DNA of 47,259 bases. Source: Paraphysomonas bandaiensis (taxonomy: Eukaryota > Protista > Chrysophyceae). The stretch lies in contig CBFFRP010000033.1 of the NCBI GenBank assembly GCA_965644295.1, forward strand, positions 1-47,259. The letters are read 5' to 3'. The translations under genes were made by a program, and so were the position numbers. Positions within the stretch are counted from its first letter, which is position 1; each line of letters opens with the position of its first letter. Below are positions 38,835 to 47,259 of the stretch, in pieces. Under the pieces are notes generated by a model, which worked only from the letters and a program-made list of their open reading frames with translations, had not been told where the DNA came from and searched no databases.

Positions 38835-39779
38835 TTACTCAATTTTGGTATCTGTTATGTTAGAAACTTTCCAACTACCATTGTTCAATTCCAAATCCAC
38901 TACTGTGTAGCAACCGCCTCTTCTTAAACTCTTCGGAGATGCGATCGCCATGCCATTATGCTGTTTGGGAAGCTCAAAATTTTCATCTTCAAGTGCTGGG
39001 ATTATAGACAGCTGTACTAAGGCTCGATTTAACAATTCAGTTTGAAAAAATAAGAAGTTGTTAAGTGTATGGGAGTACTTGTAGTTCAGAACAAATATTC
39101 CAGTTGGGGGAGTCGCAGAAGAAGGGAAAGCATATGAGGGTCCATTGGTTAAAACCTCTTCGATTATTTTCGCTGATGAACTGGTTTGAATATGAACGTC
39201 TGCAATATCTTCATCATCACTATCTGCACTTGTTTGTGATTCAGATAAATTGCATTCTTTTTCAGCGACGCCGGAAATATATACCCCATCCATCAGCGGC
39301 AGACATCTCGCATGCAAATTTACTGAGTTTGGTGTTAAGTGAAGCTGCTCAGAAAGTGTTTTCGTGGGGTCTCTATCTCCGGGCACGTAAATTACGCGAC
39401 AAACAATATTTTCAAACTGTGCAATAATAGATGACATATCACCCTCGCAAGAAGCCTCCTCCTCAGGTGTTGTGATAGCGCGGTGTATAAACGGACCACA
39501 TACAATACATGCATCGAACTCTGCCTTCGCATCGTTGCACACAAACTTCTCAGTCAACCTAACTGCAGATTGAATGTCCACATCACTGACAACTAATAGC
39601 TTTAAATGCGAAGAAAGAGCAGGAAAGAGCATACTCGTAGTTAAGTGTTCAGCAGAGCAAATAGCGTCCAAGCTCAGGATGTGTGATATCACCCCGTGCA
39701 GCAGTTCAGTGGGATGGTGATCTTGAAGCACGGTGTGACCCACAAAAGCCGCCTGCTTCATTCGCCCTGCTGTATTCAC
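38835..39779 (-). CDS. Calcineurin-like metallophosphoesterase-fold protein, divergent active site; start codon uncertain (ATG at 39632 plausible)
   Basis: LLVVSDVD, IVCGPF and IYVPGDRD correspond to motifs DxH, GD and GNHD. Confidence 0.7.
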   Translation of the reverse strand: MNTAGRMKQAAFVGHTVLQDHHPTELLHGVISHILSLDAICSAEHLTTSMLFPALSSHLKLLVVSDVDIQSAVRLTEKFVCNDAKAEFDACIVCGPFIHRAITTPEEEASCEGDMSSIIAQFENIVCRVIYVPGDRDPTKTLSEQLHLTPNSVNLHARCLPLMDGVYISGVAEKECNLSESQTSADSDDEDIADVHIQTSSSAKIIEEVLTNGPSYAFPSSATPPTGIFVLNYKYSHTLNNFLFFQTELLNRALVQLSIIPALEDENFELPKQHNGMAIASPKSLRRGGCYTVVDLELNNGSWKVSNITDTKIE

Positions 39780-39974
39780 AGTATACAGTATTCTACTGCC
39801 GAAATACAGTGAGCATTTTTTGTTGAGGATGCAAGTATCTAGCCAGTATATTGTGGCATATCATGGCAATGGGGTGTGATATCGTGCATTGCTATAAATT
39901 ATTTGAAGTGCCACATCTCAGAGAATACTTGCGGTCAACCTGTCAGCTCGGAAGCATTTAATATCTGTAACTAA

Positions 39975-40502
39975 ATGGTAAGTGATGGAGTAGGTAGTGT
40001 TATGTATTTTTTATGACTATTAATTGTTTATAGGCACAAACTGGAGTAACCGTCTCTGATGAAGTCATCAACGAGTTCAATGAAATGAAGTTGAAGCGCA
40101 TCAACCCGAAGTTTATCGTCTATTCAATCGTAGATGGGGTCATTGTTACGGATATGCGCAGTGAGTCGGACAATTTTGAGGATTTTTTGAACGCTCTGCC
40201 TGAGAATGATTGCCGATATGCCATATACGATATGGACTTCACTACCACAGATGGACGCCCCGGAAATAAGCTTGTGATGGTGTCATGGTAAGTGTTTTTA
40301 ACAGAGGTAGGGATTATATGCTTACTAAGTGCTGCAATGAAGGGCTCCTGATACTGCCAAGGTTAAATCCAAGATGGTCTACGCTGGATCAAAGGATGCC
40401 CTTACTCGATCCTTGGTTGGTGTTTCTACTAAGATCACTGCTACTGACGTGTCTGAACTTACAGTGGATATTATGATCGAAGCTTGCAGAAAGTTTGCAT
40501 AA
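39975..40502 (+). CDS. ADF: Actin-depolymerising factor / cofilin
   Basis: Exons 39975-39977 (ATG only), 40034-40287, 40343-40502. Motifs LPENDCRYAIYD and WAPDTAKVKSKMVYAGSKD. Confidence 0.96.
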
Positions 40503-41103
40503 GAGGGCACTAAATATGATTGTTTTATGACTGCACATCACCAATTGACTGACACATAAAATTTCTACCAGTTCTGATTTAGTAATTAATATTGGGTTTA
40601 ACTTTGCTCGGCTAACCTGTATTTATTATTTATATGAACATTCCAATGTACAGTGATAACTGTGGAAGTTATTGTAGTATGTTCTTGTAGATATAAGTGT
40701 ATCCCCAGCAAAAGCACTATTGGCTATTGGACGAGCCTCCTTATCCCCTTTCTATGGTAATGTATTCCTTCTAAGGCAGTAATAGTACTTGCCACAAAAA
40801 CTAATAGCATAATGCAACTTCAGTATTTTTTTCATTGCAATATTGGCTCAGTATTTTAGTATATAGTGTATTTGACGAGGCCAGGTGTGTGTGAGCATGT
40901 GAGCATGTGAGCATCATCACGAGCCACACTAATAATTAACTCTCCTCATCTATGTACACATACAATATTATAGAATTATAGATAACCCTAATCGAATATT
41001 ATACCCTTCCTTTGACCTTAATACTCATCTCACCCTATCTAACCAGACTACTAGCTATAGCCCCTTATTATATGTATCATGCACCTTGTTCCTATATATT
41101 AAC

Positions 41104-41159
41104 CCCTCAACAAAGTCGGACTCGCACCTTTTCGTGGTGTTCTGGGGGATAAGTACCGG
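41104..41159 (+). mobile_element. Retroposon family copy H: only the first 56 nt
   Basis: Matches the 5' end of copy E, ending in AAGTACCGG. Confidence 0.85.
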
Positions 41160-41169
41160 CCAATGTGAA

Positions 41170-41800
41170 AAACAAATGCTAGAGGAACGGAGGTATACAT
41201 GACATACTTTATTACTACTCAGGGCAGATTTTAGTAGTCCTCCGTTCCGCTGGTATTTGTCTTTCACTTTGTCGTTGCTGTAGAGTAAAAAGTACCATGT
41301 AATCCTTTACAAACTTTTGATCTTTTTCCAAACTACTAAACTAAGTACAATCAAATACAAGCTACGATGTGCTCAAACAACATCCTCTACATCATTATAT
41401 TACTGAACCAAAAGTCTACGCATCTACAATTTTAATGATGCCGTTTTAATACGTAGAAGTCCGTAACTGGATTCCCAATTTATCTCCAATGGTGTGTTTT
41501 TTATTCTGCTGTTGTTTAAAAGGATAAATTTATCACCATTGAAATATATATAGCCTTATATTTACCTGGTAAATAATATTTTAGTTAAATAAATCTTGGC
41601 CAGTAGAAAATACCCATTCTCTATGATAGACTATCAGCTTCAACTAACTCTTAATTTTAATAACCTTTACATCTGTACATCGCGGGATAAGCCATGCTTT
41701 AAACTTACGATATGGAGTATCACTTCCTGTTTAAATTTTAAATTTGAACAGTTCCCCTACATTTCAAAATTTTGACTGCTAAGCGAAAATATAGGCTATC
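41170..41800 (-). pseudogene. Possible highly degraded rve integrase remnant (gypsy/Polinton-like)
   Basis: Scattered motifs (IFYWP, IKIVDA) across frames; many stops. Confidence 0.3.
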
Positions 41801-41931
41801 CTTTTAACCCCAGGTTACATATATATAACTCTTATTATGCTTGATATCTAAATCAGAGTTGTATATTATATATGCTTCACCCCAGAGGCTTGTAAAACCT
41901 GACACTACAAACAGTGATATAAAGAGAAAGC

Positions 41932-42383
41932 CCCTCAACAAAGTCAGAATCGCACCTTTTCGTGGTGTTCTGGGGAATAAGTATCGGAGATATTTTTCCG
42001 GGAAACTAATGTGAGCCGCATATATATAATCAGTAGGTAACTCATAGCCAAATACTTGTGTGGTACAAGACAGGCTAATAAGTATCACTCATGTAGACGT
42101 CTTTGCGCCTTGACGAATAAACAGAGGGCCTACCTCAAGGACATCTGGGGTATTGGGCTGTTCACCTTAAAGACTCAATTTCTGAAGACAACATTCTGAT
42201 TTCTCACTGCGTTTGCTTTGAGTAGTAGAGCGAAAGTGGTTCCACCTTGGTGCTTGCGGTGACGCACAACAAGCAGCTTTTGTAGCGTTAAATAGTAGGA
42301 TATCAGAGTTAAGTACTAGTTAATTCAATTGCAATGCTACATTAGTACTGACTCTTACACTCTTATTGGCATTAGTTCACTAC
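41932..42383 (+). mobile_element. Retroposon family copy I (both ends, diverged)
   Basis: CCCTCAAC start, 3' hairpin and TTCACTAC end; no TSD seen. Confidence 0.85.
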
Positions 42384-42478
42384 TTGCTCAACCTGTTTAA
42401 AGTATATTACTATATATCGTCTACAATACTGGTATCTCGTATTACAATTTATAGTATATGATACTAGCGGTTATACCA

Positions 42479-42547
42479 GGCCCCATTAATAGTTGTCCAG
42501 ATCCCGACAATTGTAATGACATTACCATTAACAGTTACCAGACCCTG
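42479..42547 (-). mobile_element. Solo terminus of hAT family 1
   Basis: Reverse complement resembles 5203-5270. Confidence 0.55.
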
Positions 42548-43198
42548 AGTTGTACTAGCTTACAATACTAGTATATACTATACTGCTATATATTGTTCCC
42601 TTGCCCTGAAATCTTGCAGTTTATGGTTTTAGAAATATAACCATTTGTGATGAAAAAGAAAATTTAAACGAGTATTGTTGTCACAATTTTAATATATTGA
42701 GTAATGTGTGCGTAAACAGCGGGGAGAGGAGGCGAGCCTTTATTATTTATTACGTTATTACCCCCAAAAGGGATATTCTCTCCTTGAAATTTATTCAAGG
42801 TTCAAAGGTGCCAATCGTTGTTAAATAGAAAGTCAAGTTATTTCGCAGCATGAAACGAATACAGAATGACAATACGATTCGTATTGGACTCATCAAAAAA
42901 CACGAGCTACCGATACAAGATTATAAAAGTACTAACAAGCCTGCTGGAACATTTGCACATTGACAAACAACAAGTATCATTATTACAATCAGTTCAGTTA
43001 CAGGGGTTTACTCATCCTGATTACACTTTCGGACTGTATCCAGAACATTGCTAGTCTACTATTGATATATATATGAATAATGCTGTTTATCAGCTTGTTC
43101 TATCATACCATATCGCATTCATGACATGATATTACTGCGATTGATTCACTATCTAGATGCATCCGCACAGCGGGTAGGTGAATAAATTGGACAACGCA

Positions 43199-44457
43199 TT
43201 ACTTGGAGTCTCCTCCATTTGCCATAAAGCTTCCGAGAAAAGCAACGCATACAGTGGTATCGTCAATGACTTGTTCCTCGCGCATCCATCGCTCATTGGC
43301 TTCACTAATGAGCTTATCTACAGCGTACCTCGGTTCTGTGGTACCTACAGCGATATCCATCACCTCTTGGTCGCTCATGAATTCCCAGAGCCCATCCGAT
43401 GCTAGGACAAGTATCAAATCTTCTCGCCCTTGGCTGAATTCATATTCAACAAACTCTGGCTCGGAAGAGACTCCAGCGGAATGTGCGACGGCGTCGCAGA
43501 GAGAACGGCTCATGGCAAGGCCAGGCACATCCATATGACCAAGCCAAACACGAGGAGGACCATCCACTCCGTCATCGTACTCCACTGCAAAAACACGCCC
43601 ACCCTTTGCCTCTATGCGGGCCTACACAACCACCGCATAAAACACACACTGCGAATGAGTGTTGGATACCTTTTCAGCTGGGAGGTCGGGCTTGTGATCC
43701 TCCGTGAGGGCAACCGCAGTAATACCTCCAGAGTCATTGCGATACCCAACTGTACTGCGAGAATCCCCGATGTTTGCACAGATACAAGTATTTCCACGAA
43801 TGAGACAGCAAGTAAACGTAGTTCCCGAGAAATCAGTTTCAATTGACATATCTAATTTAATATGTTAGTTCAAATGTTACCTACTTTTCGACATACCGCG
43901 AAGCACCTCTCCTTCAATTTTGGCAACTACATCTGTTATAGCGGCCTTCACATTAGTTGCAAACTCCCTATGCTTAAAGAGGTAACTGGCTAGTTTTCCT
44001 TTTATTGACTGGGCAACTTTATCGCCATCCTCTCCGTGGCCATCTAGCACACACAATAGCAAGCTCCTCGTCTTGGGGTCTTCAGCCATTATAAGAGCAT
44101 CCTGGTTCTTCTTTTTAGGGTTATATGGTGCGTACCCTTTCTTGGAATATCCGCCGTATGAATTGACAATGAAACCTCCTGTAGCCGGGGCGGCGGCCAC
44201 AGTCTAAATAAATAAATAATTATAAAATATCAAAGTGCAATAAGGGTCGTGCCTCAGGCTCTTTGTCATCCAAATTTACCGAATCCATACCCTCGATAAG
44301 CTTATTGTCACTCATAACTGAAAGACGTCTTCTAGTCTGCTTAAGATTTTTCCCATCATCTTTGCCTGCAGCTCCAGTTGCACGTGAAGATCCTACGATG
44401 AATAAATAAAATACACACCGCATCCATGGTTTGCTTCACAATACCTTTGCTTGACAT
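43199..44457 (-). CDS. Protein phosphatase 2C (PPM family), multi-exon
   Basis: NQDA, VLDGHG, ANIGDSR, DHKPD, GLAMSRSLCD, LASDGLWEF, DDTTV; N-terminal RRRLSV motif. Confidence 0.95.
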
Positions 44458-44722
44458 GTTGGTGCCTTCTTACTGTCTCTAATATGAGAGAAAATCAAGG
44501 TCTACACTGCAGTTTGCAATTGACCACATCAGCGTGAGCTTATCATCATATGAATCAAAAATAGTCCACTGGAGAGCCAGTTACAGCAAAAAATAAAATC
44601 GTAACCTCTCCGGTCAAAGTATCTTGAAACGCCTATAACTGAAAATAATATGGATACGTGGTACGATCGTCGTATAATGGAATACACAGCAGGTCTAGAG
44701 GTCAGGCTGTAGGAAGTCGGTG

Positions 44723-47259
44723 CACGATTGCCGCCGCTTTTTTGGTCATTTTCAGATGTCCATTATTCGACACACAGATCATCAATTGAAATACAAATTA
44801 TATCAGAATATCAAGCATACTCTCGACTTTGTGTCATTATAATCGACTTTGTGCTCTCATGAACTCATTGTTGTGTTATTTAAGTTTCAAATGAGTGCCT
44901 TAAGCGTTTTTTGACAGTTTTTTTTGGAGCTCACGATTACCGCCGCTTTTCAACCGCCTGACTTCCAACACATCGACATCAAAATCATTGTTTGGCTGAA
45001 TATGTCTGCGCACACTACATTGTTAATGGAGATAATAATACCGTTAGACTAATTCAGAGGTGCTGGACTCGAATATGTCGTCAGATTCTTATATTTCGTT
45101 GAGTATCAATAGTTATAGCATGATGCACCACTCAACTCACATTTGTACATTACCTGCAATATTGACACAACCTGACCAAATTGGGCTGTATTGACAACAG
45201 GTCTAGGTCGTTAATACAGTATACATTGTCAAACGGTAATCTACGATATCAGTGTTTATGAATAGTGTCCACTTCTCGTGTCTCTAATTCACTTTTCACA
45301 GTTTGGGGACCCGGACCAATCAGAGTAATGTCAATGAGAAAAGTTTAAACACAAGTAGTAAACTTCACGTTTAGAATGGGATGAGGAATTTGATGCCACC
45401 TAGGCTTTAACTCAGCGATATCATTCCTCTATTTTCAATATTTCCAGAGCGTTGTGGAGGCTCATTTAGAAGAACTTATCAGTGTCGAAGAATTTAGCTA
45501 TCGTTCTTCAATAATGAACCAGCAGTGAACCTTATGTGCTAAGCATTCTACCAGAAATCTAACAGACTTAAGAAGTTTGGGTTACTAAGTGTTGTGAGTG
45601 CATGATATGGTGCAACCAAGATGAGTGTTAAAAGTTAAAAGGTGTGTCACTGGGTGGGTATCTTTACGAGGGTAAAGATATGCATCATGATTACTTTTTG
45701 CGACTTTCCTCTATCAATAGTGGAACATATTTGTGCTTAGCTATTTAAGTGTGATAGATTATGCTATTGGCAGGGTCAATTATCAATTAACCACGACCAT
45801 AATTCTAATACATTGGACTTCAGTCATGTGCCTAAGTAGCTGATTTGGTGATACCTAGCTAGCTATATATTGAATACTATAGAGTAATTATTTAATATAA
45901 TCGAAAATTCGAATGACAGGCTTTGGTAATAAAGCTATAACAGCTCAACGTGAATGCAATAACAAATGGAAAATGTGTGATAGAAAATGAAATGAACACA
46001 TTAATAGAGAGTAGAATAACAAAATAGATGGTTGTCTCGGGGATTGTTGTAGTGAGCGGACATTGGTTCTTCTAGTATTGCCACATACCACGCGTTTGTG
46101 GTAGTATTGATCCCTGGTGCCACCTCTGCTGACGGTTTTGGCATATGGTCACCAGCTCGTTCAGCGTGGGGCCTGCAGCTACTTTACTTCTACTTGCTTT
46201 GTTACCCATTCTCCCTGCCCATCTGGAGTCCAACTGCAAACTTCTTATTCTGCTGCTCTTATTGTCGCACTCGTTCAACCGTGTTATAGAGCACACAGTG
46301 CCCGTGTGTCAGTCCTACCCGCAATAGTGTCCTCCAGCTGTCTTCGGTTGGTGGGTCGGCGCAGAATGCCTTCAAACCGAAGTGTTGTCAAACCCCACAC
46401 TAGTGAAATGGAGAAGTTCAAAAGAAGTTCATAAGGTAGCTCGCTGAAGTTCATTGTTGCATGAACTACCTTTGAACTTTCACAGTCCACACTTTTTTAT
46501 GAACTGCCTTTTGAACTACCTTATGAACTACCTTTTCAGCTTCCTGATTTCACTAGTGCCAGGCGAGTACGGAGAGTAGACTTATCATCGCGCTGGGTGC
46601 GCAGAAACACACTATAAACTTTGCAGATGCTTTCTTGGGTTGATGAGGTGCTACTCCCTTAAGCAAGGGGGCCTGATATTCACCCATAAAACGCATGCAT
46701 TTATTAAGATTAATATACGCACTTTACATTCTTCAATTGTGTACTTTCGATGCACAGTGGGACGTTCCACTTAAGGACACCAACCTATAGCCTCAACAAG
46801 AGCCCTCTCTCTGGCCATGGACGGCATTATGGGCCCTCTATTGTCAGTGCTGTCCAACACAGTCAAGTGCTTCAACACCGTATTTATAGCCCGTTTCTGG
46901 TGTACGCATGCTGGCAGGGTGCTGCTAGAGACAGCTTCAAGTACTTCTCCAGTAATTAGAGTGTGGCTCTAAGGATTCAGTCGCATTCCGCTGTTTGCAG
47001 TATTATTCGTAGATTTCTGATTGGATTGCTTTAACATTCTCTAACTAATGCAAACTACCATGAAATTTCAAATGGAAGACAGCGTGTCGTCAATAGCAAT
47101 CAGTTTAACGTATGTGTATAGTTTCATATGATGCAGATGCTTATGGCGGGAGCTGACAGCAGATCAAACTACTTAAAACAAAAAAAATGAACTATTTTGA
47201 GGTGATTTCAGTTCGAAAAGCGGCGGTAATCGTGAGCTCAAAAAAACAAAGCGGCGGTA
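44723..47259. mobile_element. Unclassified inverted-repeat-bounded element, probably running past the window end
   Basis: Perfect 25-bp inverted repeat at 44927-44951 and 47215-47239; further copies of the core at 44723 and 47248-47259. Confidence 0.6.
46398..46558. mobile_element. 161-bp CACTA (EnSpm-type) MITE
   Basis: TIR CACTAGTGAAAT / ATTTCACTAGTG, 3-bp TSD CCA, inverted subterminal TGAACTACC repeats. Confidence 0.9.

Overview
Eukaryotic, repeat-rich window with very short (about 43-56 nt) spliceosomal introns. Gene content suggests a protist, possibly a stramenopile (inference). Host genes: two tandem tRNA-Ala(TGC), an SGNH-hydrolase-like gene, an ML/NPC2-like lipid-binding protein, a class C (GABA-B-like) GPCR, a divergent metallophosphoesterase-fold protein, ADF/cofilin and a PP2C phosphatase. 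Two Crinkler-type P-loop NTPase + restriction-endonuclease-fold loci are present, one with a C-terminal ComEA-like HhH domain. Mobile DNA: a young integrase-deleted Ty1/copia element with non-TG..CA LTRs, two older copia remnants, hAT remnants, a 161-bp CACTA MITE, a 1.23-kb near-perfect inverted duplication and a 1.5-kb tandem duplication. The most notable signal is a dispersed ~0.5-kb non-coding retroposon family (9 pieces, 8-15 bp TSDs, 5' truncations, no poly-A). Its first ~88 nt can be folded into an HDV-like self-cleaving ribozyme resembling the Pr77 hallmark of trypanosomatid ingi/L1Tc/RIME/SIDER elements.
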